In this document: piece after piece, positions 42,873 to 54,369 of the stretch
Layout: the number at the start of each line of letters is the position of its first letter
Numbering within the stretch: the stretch's first letter is position 1
Assembly (NCBI GenBank): GCA_038087875.1
Contig: CM075991.1
Coordinates: 3,658,001-3,722,000, forward strand
Direction of reading: 5' to 3'
DNA length: 64,000 nucleotides
From: Malacoraja senta
Taxonomy: Eukaryota
Position numbers and translations under genes: made by a program
Notes under the pieces: model-generated
The model's database searches: none
Seen by the model: only the letters and a program-made list of their open reading frames with translations
What the model was told of the DNA's origin: nothing

Positions 42873-43229
42873 GGGGATGACAGATGGCGCAATGGGCTAA
42901 GTGTTCGGCTGGCAACCGGAAGGTAGCCGGTTCGAATCCCGCTTGGAGTGCATACTGTCGTTGTGTCCTTGGGCAAGACGCTTCACCCACCTTTGCCTGC
43001 GTGTGAATGTGTGTGAATGTGTGTGAGTGATTGGTGGTGGTCGGAGGGGCCGTAGGCGCAGATTAGCAGCCACGCTTCCGTCAGTCTGCCCCAGGGCAGC
43101 TGTGGCTACAAAAGTAGCTCACCACCACCGAGTGTGACTGAGGAGTGAATGAATAATGCGATGTAAAGCGCCTTGAGTATGAGAAAGGCGCTATATAAAT
43201 CCCATCCATTATTATTATTATTATTATTA
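42873..43229 (+). mobile_element. tRNA-derived SINE with an L2-type tail, resembling teleost AFC SINEs
   Basis: A-box tggcgcaatggg (42885), B-box ggttcgaatccc (42929), gtgtccttgggcaagac core, tail tgtaaagcgccttgag..aaaggcgctatataaat(tta)n; interrupts a CR1 fragment. Confidence 0.85.
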
Positions 43230-43371
43230 TGTCTTCTTGTTCTCGATTCCCCTACTGCAGGCAAAAGGCTCTGTGCATGCACGTTATCTCTGCCTCTCAT
43301 GGTCTTGTACACCTCTATAAGATCACCCTCATCTTCCTGCGCTCTGGAAAGGATTAAAGAGTTCTTCTTAC

Positions 43372-43436
43372 CTGCAGCTACAGTCCTGAGCTCTCTGAAT
43401 GTCCTTTAGTGGGATTGCTCATAAAGGTTCTTTTTC
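43372..43436 (-). CDS. PLEKHA2: TAPP-family (PLEKHA2-like) exon containing an in-frame TGA
   Basis: Acceptor ggttttgtttAG; 65 nt encoding EKEPL*AIPLKDIQRAQDCSC(S) (cf. TAPP1 EKEPLRVIPLKEVHKVQEC); donor CAG|GTAAGA; phase 2 matches the next exon. Confidence 0.8.
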
Positions 43437-43528
43437 CTAAACAAAACCACAAACAGTTTTAAATTATTTAACGAAAAACCATCAGGAAGTTTAGTTTAAT
43501 TTAGTTTCATGTTCATACCTTCGAGGAG

Positions 43529-46500
43529 CAGGGCTGGCCTTAGAAGGTGCGGGGTCCAATTGGAAACAATTTTCATAGAAATATAAATAAATAATTATAA
43601 ATGAGTCATGTGTCGTGTGTAATATGACAGACGGCTTAAAAATCTTAAACCGCGCATGCGCACATTGCTCTCCTCTCCGTAAAAATTAAAATAAAAATAA
43701 ATAAAGTAATAATTCAATTTGCCCAAGGCTTCCAAATCTCCTTCTTTCTGAATTACTGAATGGGTGAGTGGTGGAGGATGAAGGCAGGTGGAAAGATGGT
43801 GGTAAAAACGGGAGCACACCGGGACAAGTTGACTCAGTTGTCATCTTATTGAATGACGATACTAGTTCAAGGGACCAATTGGGGGGAGTGTTCCTTTCAC
43901 AGCGTGTGGGGAGTCTAGCCAGGGGTAAAGTTGCGGGGAGGGCAGGAGCGTTGAGAAGGAGAGGGTCGGAGTTCATGCCAGTAACTCACTCACTCACCGC
44001 TGTTGAGGCACTCCGGGCACGGAACCACCGCATTGTGCCGGGGAGGGAAGCAGCTCGCGTGGCTATGAGCGGCCGCCATCACCGGTCAGCGGAACCGACT
44101 GTCATCTCAGCGCCTTCTGCCGGCCCGCTCACCTCTGGCAGTGCTCTCCGTCTGAACAGTGAGGGGACCAGCTCAAGAGCAAAGATCATAGAGCGGAGTG
44201 GGTCAGCGGGTGATGGATAACATCGCAGCGGGCGGTGGAGCTTACTCCTGTGTCAGCGCGAAGAAGGGATCAATTGAGGTTACTCGCCCTGACATATGGA
44301 GTAAGCTCCACCGCCCGCTGTCCTGTTATGCATCGCCCACTGACCCGCTCTTGAGCTGGATGTTGGCATGATCTCCGATCCCCTCCTTCTCAACACTCCT
44401 TCCCTCCCCGCAACTTTACCCCTGGACAGACTACCCACACGCTGTGAAAGAAACCCCCCCCCACCCCCGCCACCCCCCCACCCCCCCAGCACCGCTGTCC
44501 TTTTACAGACGCTTCCCATCAGCTGCTAGCAATGAGGGATAGACTTGGCTATCCCTCAGTACAGCAACATCGTTCTTGATGTTTCTGTACTGAGGGATAA
44601 CGAAGTCTATCTTTCTTGGCTAACAACCTAACCTTCGGCCTCCAAGATGCAGGTACATTTTCTAGCAATGTTACAACATTTTGAGATTTTAAAAATCAAG
44701 TCTGCAATTTATCCCATCAGATAAAGCATAAAAATAAGTTTAATTTGGCACCTAATTCACTTTCATATCTTCAGTATTAAAAAGGTTATGGCCATTTTCA
44801 TACTCGGAAATTAGCATCTTGTTCCCTATTACTTTTCCATTCTTGACACAAAAGCTGTGATCGAGGACAGTCAAAAGCCCATAACTTTCTTAAAAATTAA
44901 GAGAACTGAATGAAATTTTCAGTTATTATAGATCGAAGCATTCTGAAACAAATATAAAACATTTTACTTGAATGACCTGAAATTAAAGCATATAATTAGT
45001 TAATTACCTAATTGTAGCTGATTACAAAATTGACCGTTGTGACGGAAATAGTAATAAACACCCAGACTGCCTTGAAAATTAAAAAATGTGATATTCTCAA
45101 GATCAGAACTTTAATAATATTGTATTATATGCTGTAAGTCCATAACAGATAGGTACATAAATTGCAATTTCTGGCAATAGACCAGGTCTTTATGGAGAAG
45201 ATCAGTTGCTAGCTGGTACATTGGCATATCATAAACAGTAGCATCATCATACTCCTCAGTTTGTAACCAAAGAACAACTCTGTACACCTTGTTTTTCCTC
45301 AACTTTTCAATTTTGTCATTGTAAACTACAAGTTTTTGCTCTTCAAACCACGAATGACATGCCTTTCTGCCCACTACTTTCCCATTAAGAATGTCCTGTA
45401 GATTCCATTTCTTAAGAAAATGATAATTTTTAAAAATAGCCTAAGTATCCAAAGAACAAACTAATCCCATTCACACAAGAATTCACAATATAACATGATT
45501 TTTAAATCTCACTGTCATGAATTTATATGCCAGATGGAAGGAATTTAATGTTTAATTCCCATGAATTAATCTAGAAACATCTCCTCAATATAATCAAAAT
45601 CTCTGTAGAACCTGCAATGTGGTGTTACATATATATTGCAATCAGTGATAGAAATGGGTTTAAAGAACTAGGTGTACGCTAAGGTCCGTGAGGCCGAGGT
45701 TGGGCAGGAAGGGGGTGGGGGGGTGTGGCGGATGGGGGGGGGGGGTAGACGCTATAAGCCCCCCATGAGAAATTTTATTTAACTCTGAAATTGAGGATAG
45801 ACAAAAGCTGAAGTAACTCAGCAGGACAGGCAGCATTGCGACTCTGGAGAGAAGACCCTTCTTCAGACTGAACTGAACTCTCGTCGGTGAGAGTACTTGT
45901 GATAGTCTAAAGAAGGGTCTCGACCAGAAACGGAACCCTCTCCCCAGAGCCCCTGCCCGTCCCGCTGAGCCACCGCAGACAGGGAGTTCAAGGTAGACAC
46001 AGGGTTTCCTTCAACTTCAGAGCCAAACAAAAAACACAGAATGCTGGAGGAACTCAGCGGGCAAGGCAGCACCGATGAAGGGAACATATCACTTATCAGG
46101 AGCCGCCATGTGCGAGGCCTCCCCCCCCCCCCGGCTCCCAACAGAAAGGAACCGCAGATGCAGCCGTCACCGCAAAGAAGGAACTGCAGATGCTGGAAAA
46201 TCGAAGGTAGACAAAAATGCTGGAGAAACTCAGCGGGTGAGGCAGCATCTGTGGAGCGAAGGAAATAGCCAAAATTTCGGGCCGGGTCTGAAGAAGGGTT
46301 TCTACCCGAAACGTCGCCTATTTCCTTCACTCCATAGATGCTGCCTCAGCCGCTGAGTTTCTCCAGCATTTTTGTCTACCGCAAAACGTTAATGATTCCG
46401 GGAATGCCGAGAGAGCTAGAGAGAGATGAGTTGGGGAATGGTAGAGAGAGAGAAAGCGCGCGAGAGAGAGAGGGGGGGAGAGAGCGAAAGACAGTGAGAC

Positions 46501-47034
46501 ACAACGTGGGTCGGTAGGTAAATTGAATGACTAACCTGCTGCACACCAAGAAGCTCACCAAGAAGAAGCCCTCAATCATGATGGTGAGTTTTAAGAAATT
46601 CTCAATGTGTCATCAATGCATCGATCTACATTCCTCAGTAAATGTAATTGTGTTTTGAACAAGTATTAATGATGCCGCGTGAATTGTATTCAAAGGAACG
46701 CAGTGTCATTAATACTTGTTCAAAACATAATTACATTTACTGAGGAATGTGGATCGATGCATTGATGACACATTGTATAACTACTTATTAACTACTGGCT
46801 GTTAACAAGTGCAACAGTAGTAGTTAACAAATCGTTTGTGTCTGATGGCCGTGCAGCGGTTGTTATCCATGTTCGTTTTGTAAAAAATCCGTATGGCGAA
46901 TGTAAAAAAAAAATATATATTTTGCAAATCGAATTTGTATTTCCGTATGAAATACAGAAAATTAACACGGGGCCCCCCTTAGGTGCGGGGCCCAATTGGG
47001 AGAAATAGGTCCAATCGGCTTAAGGCCGGCCCTG
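43529..47034. mobile_element. hAT-like non-autonomous DNA element (~3.5 kb) with nested sequences
   Basis: TIR cagggctggcctta / taaggccggccctg; subterminal aggtgcgggg(t/c)ccaattgg at both ends; TSD unclear. Confidence 0.75.
45111..45440 (-). other. Open frame encoding a spindlin (Spin/Ssty)-like Tudor domain, inside the DNA element
   Basis: VVGRKACHSWFEE..YNDKIEK..YRVV..MYQLATDLLHKDL resembles the Spin/Ssty repeat pattern; possible splice acceptor at 45442-45441. Confidence 0.45.
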
Positions 47035-47624
47035 CTCGTGAAGGGTTGTTTTTCTGATTGGAAATCTGTGGCCAACCGTGAGCCGCAAGGGTCCGAGCTG
47101 TGCCGCCTGGGTTTATCACATACATTAACGGTTTGAATGACAACGTTGTTGGGAAATTTGCAGATGCTGCCTGACCCGCTGAGTTACTCCAGCTTTTTGT
47201 GTCTATCTTCGGTTTCAACCAGCATCTGCAGTTCCTTCCTACACAAGTGATAGGTGGATACAGGCGAGCTGGGTTTTCATTGGCAGGTGGGTGGACAAAG
47301 GCTGCTGATGAACAGGAGACAAAAGGGTGTCAGTTTAGTAGAGAAGAGGAGTGGCATGCGAAGGCAGAGGATGCATGGTGGTGCAGCGGTAGAGTTGCTG
47401 CCTTACAGTGCCAGAGAACTGGGTTCGATCCTAACTAGGGGGGTGCTGTCTCTACAGAGTTTGTACGTTCCCCCGTGACCATGTGGGTTTTCTCTGAGAT
47501 CTTCGGTTTCCTCCCACACTCCAAAGACGTACAGATTTGTAGGTTAATTAGATTGATATAAGTGTAAATTGTTCCCAGTGTGTGTAGGATAGTGTTAATG
47601 TGCGGGACTTGCTGGTCAGTGCAG

Positions 47625-48850
47625 ACTCAGCCTTCTAAACTCCAGTGAATACAAGCCTAGTCTTTTCAATCTTTCCTCATATGACAGTCCCGCCATCCCA
47701 GGGATCAATCTCGTGAACCTACTCTGCACTGCCTCAATCACAAGGATGTCCTTCCTCAATTTAGTAGACCAAAACTGTACACAATACTCCAGATGTGGTC
47801 TCACCAGAGCCCTATACTACTGCAGAAGAACCTCTTTACACCTATACTGAAATCCTCTTGTTATGAAGGCCAACATTCCATTAGCTTTCTTCACTGCCTG
47901 CTGTACCTGCACGCCAACTTTCATTGACTGGTGTACAAGGACGCTGCACCTCCCCCTTGCCAAACCTAACCGCATTGAGATAATAATCTGCCCCTTTATT
48001 TTTGCCAAAGTGGATAACCTCACATTTATCTATATTATACTGCATCTGCATCTGCCCACTCACTCAACCTGTCCAGGTCACCCTGCAACCTCCTAACATC
48101 CTCTTCACGGTTCACACTGCCACCCAGCTTTGTGTCATTCGCAAATTTGCCAGTGTTGCTCCTAAGTCCCTCTTCCAAATCATTAATATATATGGTAAAC
48201 AGTTGCGGCCCCAACACCGAGCCTTGCGGCACTCTACTCGCCACGGCCTGCCAATCTTAAAAGGACCCGTTCACTCCTACTCTTTGCTTTCTGTCTGCCA
48301 ACCAATTTTTATCCATGTCAACACCCTACCCCCAATACCATGTGCTCTAATTTTAGTCACCAGTCTCCCGTGCGGGACTTTATCAAATGCTTTCTGAAAG
48401 TCTAGACACACTACATCTTCTGGCACCCCTTCATCCATTTTACTTGTCACATCCTCAAAAAATTCCAGAAGATTAGTCAAGCATGATATCCCTTTCATAA
48501 ATCCATGTTGACTTGGACTAATCCTTTTACTGCTATCCAAATGCCCCATTATTACCTCTTTAATAATTGACTCCAGCATCTTTCCCACCACCGAAGTCAG
48601 GCTAACTTCTGTAAGGTCTGTAATTCCCCGTTTTCTCTCTCGCTCCTTTCTTGAAAAGTGGGATAACATTCGCTATCCTCCAATTCACAGGAACTGATCC
48701 TAATTCGATCGAACATTGGAAAATAATCACCAATACATCTGCTATTTCTAGAGCCACCTCCCTGAGTACTCTGGGATGCAGACCATCAGGCCCAGGGGAT
48801 TTATCATCCTTCAGTCCCATTAGCTTAACCAATACTATTTCTAGCCTAAT
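47625..48850 (-). mobile_element. CR1 LINE RT fragment, frameshifted
   Basis: [44 protein letters not shown]. Confidence 0.93.
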
Positions 48851-49549
48851 GAGGTACTGTGGAAAGATTTTGTTGCGTGCTAACCATTTGGTGGAAAGAC
48901 AATACATGATTACAATCAAGCCTCCCATAGATACACGATGAAGGGAATAACATGAATAACGTTTAGTGTAAGATAAAGTCCAGTAAGCCCAATCAAAGAT
49001 AGTCCAAGGGTCTCTAGTGAGGTAAATTCCATCAGCCCACTTGCAGAACTGATCAAGATCCTGCTGCAATATTTGTCAACCATCTTCACTATCTACAACA
49101 CCACCCACTTTTGTATCATCAGCAAATTGCTAATCATGCCATGTACGTTCCCACACAAATCATTGATATAGATGACAAACAGCGATGGGCCCAGCAGCGA
49201 ACACTGAGGCTCACCACTTGTCACAGGCCGCGCACTTGTCCACAGGCCGGTCACTAATTCAGTTTGGATTAGAAACAGCCTGATCTCTCCTGCCCTTCCA
49301 CATAGTGATCAGTGGTTGATTTCTATTACTATAGCCCACTGGTTTATACAGAGACACAAGGGTCTGCATGTGTGGTAAAAAAGATCTGCAGATGCCTTGT
49401 TAAGACACAATAGGACGCAAAGTGCTGGAGTATCTCAGCTGGTCAGGCAGCATCTCTGGAAACACTCACCAGGACATACAGCATCTCTGGAGAACACGAA
49501 TAAGTGATATTTCAGTCAAAACTCTTCGTCAGACTGATTAGCAACACAG

Positions 49550-51345
49550 AAACATAGAAACATAGAAAATAGGTGCAGGAGTAGGCCATTCGGGCCTTCG
49601 AGCCTGCACCGCCATTCAATATGATCATGGCTGATCATCCAACTCAGTATCCTGTACCTGCCTTCTCTCCATACCCCCTGATCCCTTTAGCCACAAGGGC
49701 CACATCCTCTTAAATATGGCCAACTCCCTCTTAAATATGGCCAATGAACTGGCCTCAACTACCTTCTGTGGCAGAGAGTTCCAGAGATTCACCACTCTCT
49801 GTGTGAAAAATGTTTTTCTCATCTCGGTCCTAAAGGATTTCCGCTTTATGCTTAAATTGTGACCCCTTGTCCTGTACTTCCCCAACATCGGGAACAATCT
49901 TCCTGCATCTAGCCTGTCCAACCCCTTAAGAATTTTGTAAGTTTCTATAATATCCCCCCTCAATCTTCTAAATTCTAGCGAGTACAAGCCGAGTCTATCC
50001 AGTCTTTCTTCATATGAAAGTCCTGACATCCCAGGAATCAGTCTGGTGAACATTCTCTGTACTCCCTCTATGGCAAGAAGGTCTCTCCTCAGATTTGGAG
50101 ACCAAAACTGTAAGCAATACTCCAGGTGTGGTCTCACCAAGACCCTGTACAACTGCAGTAGAACCTCCCTGCTCCTATACTCAAATCCTTTTGCTATGAA
50201 TGCTATCATACCATTCGCTTTCTTCACTGCCTGCTGCAGTGTACCATGACACCCAGGTCTCGTTGCATCTCCCCTTTTCCTAATCGGCCACCATTTGGAT
50301 AATAGTCTACTTTCATGTTTTTGCCCCCAAAGTGGATAACCTCACATTTATCCACATTATACTGCATCTGCCATGCATTTGCCCACTCACCCAGCCTATC
50401 CAAGTCACCTTGCAGCCTCCTAGCATCCTCCTCACAGCTAACACTGCCCCCCAGCTTCGTGTCATCCGCAAACTTGGAGATGTTGCATTCAATTCCCTCG
50501 TCCAAATCATTAATATATATTGTAAATAGCTGGGGTCCCAGCACTGAGCCTTGCGGTACGCCACTAGTCACTGCCTGCCATTCTGAAAAGGGCCCGTTTA
50601 ATCCAACTCTTTGCTTCCTGTTTGCCAGCCAGTACTCTATCCACATCAATACTGAACCCCCAATACCGTGTGCTTTGAGGTTGTATACTAATCTCTTATG
50701 TGGGACCTTGTCGAAAGCCTTCTGAAAGTCCAGATATAACACATCCACTGGTTCTCCCTTATCCACTCTACTAGTTACATCCTCGAAAAATTCTATAAGA
50801 TTCGTCAGACATGATTTACCTTTTGTAAATCCATGCTGACTTTGTCCAATGATTGCACCACTTTCCAAATGTGCTGCTATCCCATCTTTAATAACTGACT
50901 CTAGCAGTTTCCCCACTACCGATGTTAGACTAACTGGTCTGTAATTCCCCATTTTCTCTCTCCCTCCCTTTTTAAAAAGTGGGGTTACATTAGCTACCCT
51001 CCAATCCTCAGGAACTACTCCAGAATCTAAGGAGTTTTGAAAAATTATCACTAATGCATCCATTATTTCTGGGGCTACTTCCTTAAATACTCTGGGATGC
51101 AGCCTATCAGGCCCTGGCGATTTATCGGCCTTTAATCCATTCAATTTACCTAACACCACTTCCCGGCTAACCTGGATTTCACTCAGTTCCTCCATCTCAT
51201 TTGACCCGCGGTCCCCTGCTATTCCCGGCAGATTATTTATGTCTTCCTTAGTGAAGACAGAACCAAAGTAGTTATTCAATTGGTCTGCCATGTCCTTGTT
51301 CCCCATGATCAATTCACCTGTTTCTGACTGCAAGGGACCTACATT
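49550..51345 (-). mobile_element. CR1 LINE, 5'-truncated and well preserved, with an internal deletion near 50237
   Basis: ORFs 50224-51333 and 49625-50227 (FADDTK, RPHLEYC, RTRGH); 3' tail (TTTCTATG)n. Confidence 0.95.
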
Positions 51346-54300
51346 TTGTAGGGGGGGTGGGGGTTGGCTGGAAGAAAGCTGGAAAAGAGGAGGGCAGGAC
51401 AGAGCATGGCGAGTAATAGATCGGCATAGGTCAGGGAGGTTTGATATTCAGATGGTTGGAACAAAGGCCAGTGATAAGAAAGGAAGGTGTGAGACAGGTT
51501 GGGAGAGTTGTAGAGTGTAGAGCCAGAAGGAGGAAAGTAGAGAGGTGGGATTGGGAGGGAGGCGGGGAGGCGGGGAGTGGGGGGGGGGGAGTTGGGGGGG
51601 GAGGTGGGGGTGGAGTGTGGGGGTGGATTGTGTGTGTGTGTGGGGGGTGGTTAGTGGGGGAATAGGTGGGAGACCAGGTGAGGCACTGAGGAGGGAAGCA
51701 GCGGAAAAGAGAGGATGGTGGGGCGGTCAAGAGGTCACCTAAAAATGAAAAACTAGTAAAAGGGGTGATGTTATAGAGATGTGTAAGACCATGAGGGGAA
51801 TATATAGGGTCAGTCAGATGTGTAGAAAGGAGGAGGGGTCACAGAGGGTGTGCAGTAAAATAGAGTGCTGCAGAACTCTCATTGGAGAGAGGAGGAGAAC
51901 TTCTTCAAAGCAGGCATACTTTGAGGAGATTTTGCTGTGGAGCAGACAAAATGTGTTGGGAGGAACTGCAGATGTTGGTTTAAATCAAAGATAACGCAAG
52001 AAACTGGAGTAACTCAGCAGGTCAGGCAGCATCTCTGGAGAAAAGGAATAGGTGACATTTTGGGTCAAGACCCTTCTACAGACCAAAGCATTTTGAATTA
52101 AGGTTCTGCAATAGATCTTGGATCCAAAATCTTCCAAATCAAAGCACAGTGTACTGTGGAAATACGTACCGCGTTTATCTCTATGTTTTTGGTATATTTT
52201 GGTTAATCAGAGGATGACAATTTAGAGATAAGCCCAGTAAACACCACTATGCCAGGTGTTTCCTGCCAGCTCAACAGGCAAGCATGTTTTGCAGAGACTT
52301 GCTGTGCCTCTGCACAATGTGGCCAGTACATTTTACTTTGTTTTGTTTTGAAGACATTTGGGCCCCATATCTGAGAAAGGATGTGCTGGCTCTGGAGAGG
52401 GTCCAGAGGAGGTTTACAAGAATGATTCCAGGAATGAGTGGGTTTGCATATGATGAGCATTTGACAGCACTGGGCCACTACTCGCAGGAGTTTAGGGAGT
52501 TTGGAAGGTTTGCGGGGGAGGGGGGGGACACCTCATTGAAACTTACAGAATAATGAAAGGCATAGATAGAGTGGATGTTTCCTCTGGTGGGAGAGTCTAG
52601 GACCTGAGGTCATAGCATCAGAATTAAAAGGCTCTGTTTTAGAAAGAAGGTGAGGAGGAAGTTTAGTCAGAGGGCAGTTAATCTGTGGAACTCATCGCCA
52701 CAGTGGGCTGTGGAGGCCAAGTCAGTGCATATTTTTAAGGCAGAGGTAGACAAATTCTTGATTAGAATGGGTGTCAACAAATATATCATCACTAATATAT
52801 ATTTTAGCACCATGCCTGACACCAGATCAGCAATTAACACACTGGCAAATGCACACAGCAAGGTAAACTTTCCTTTCTTTCAAAAATCAAACAAGATCAT
52901 CCAGAATCCATGTTGCTCTCTCCCCCCCCCCCTCCGCCCCTCTCCCCCATCCGCCCCTACCTCCCCCCCCCCACCCACCCAGAGTAAGTTTGTTGGCGGC
53001 AACAAAACTGGAGGAGTTGCAGTCAATGAGGAATGCTGTCAGAAGATAGAGCAGGATATAATCTAAGGAGAGAAGTTACAGTCAATGGGAAGACCCTTAA
53101 CAGCATTGATGTGCAGAGGAATCTTTGAGTCCACAGTCATAGCTTACAGAAGTGGCCACAGGTGGTAACTGAGGTAAACGGTATACTTGCCTGCACTGCT
53201 AAGGGCATTGAATATAAGAGTAAGGAAGTCATGATGCAGCTCCACAGGACTTTGGTTACACCACATTTGGAGTAAAGTGTTCAGTACTGGTCGCCCCATT
53301 ACTGGAAAGATGTGGAGGGTTTGGATAGGGTGCAGGGAAGATTTACCAGAATTACTGCCAGGACGTTTTTACCACCGGGTGGTGACAGCAATGGCTGCCT
53401 CGCCAACAGCCTGTCTGTCCCTTCCTTCTTTGTGTTTGTGTGTATGTGTTAAATGTATGTTTTTTCGGTGTTCTTTAGCTTGTTTTATGTGGGGGGTGGG
53501 GGGGGGAGGTTGCTGTTCAGGGGAACTTTTTCCAATCTCTTACCTAGATGGAGATGCAATTTTTTCTGTATCTTATCTGCGTCCGCACTACGGCCTAACA
53601 TCGAGGAGTTGGCAGCCTTTGCTGGAGACTGACTCCGGGAACTCCAAGCCGCAGGAGCTTCGACCGCCCCGACTGCAGTTGGTTCGACAGCCCCGACCGC
53701 GGGAGAATAAAGGAAGAAGCAGATCGGACTTTATTGCCTTCCATTACAGTGAGGAATGTGGGGAATCCAATGTGGTGGATGTTTATGTTAACTTTTATGC
53801 AGTTATGTGTCTTGTTGGGTTTTTTTTGTATGGCTCTATGGTAATTCGAATTTCATTGCACCTTAATTGGTACACATGACAAGAAACTGATCTTGAGACC
53901 GTGAAACCTTGAAACATTGGTGAATTTAGTTTATTATGGTCACGTGAACTGAGGGACAGTGAAAAGCTTTTGTTGCATGCTATCCTGTCAGCAAACTGGA
54001 TACAATCACACTGTCCACAGTGTACAGATTCAAGATAAAGGGTATAACATTTAGTGCAAGATAAAGTCTATCAGAGATCAATGTCCAATAAAGATAGTTC
54101 AAAGGCCTGTGCTCAAGCTGGCGAGTGGACTGTTCGGTTGATAGTTGTCAGGGTTTCAGCGACAGGGGGTGGTTGGATAGACTTGGATTTGCTTCTCCGA
54201 AACATCAAAGTGGATAATTGATAGAAGCATCAATTTATGTTTATGTAAACTGTGTTAAGTGTGGGTCTTGGGTTTCTTTGTAATGTAAGTGTAGAAAATG

Positions 54301-54369
54301 CAATTTCGTTCAAACCAAGTTGTTTGAATTACCATACAAGGCATTCTATTCTATTCTATTCTATTCTAA

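Noticed and set aside
43419..43421. Selenocysteine interpretation of the TGA
   Set aside because: The homologous residue is Arg, not Cys, and no SECIS was identified
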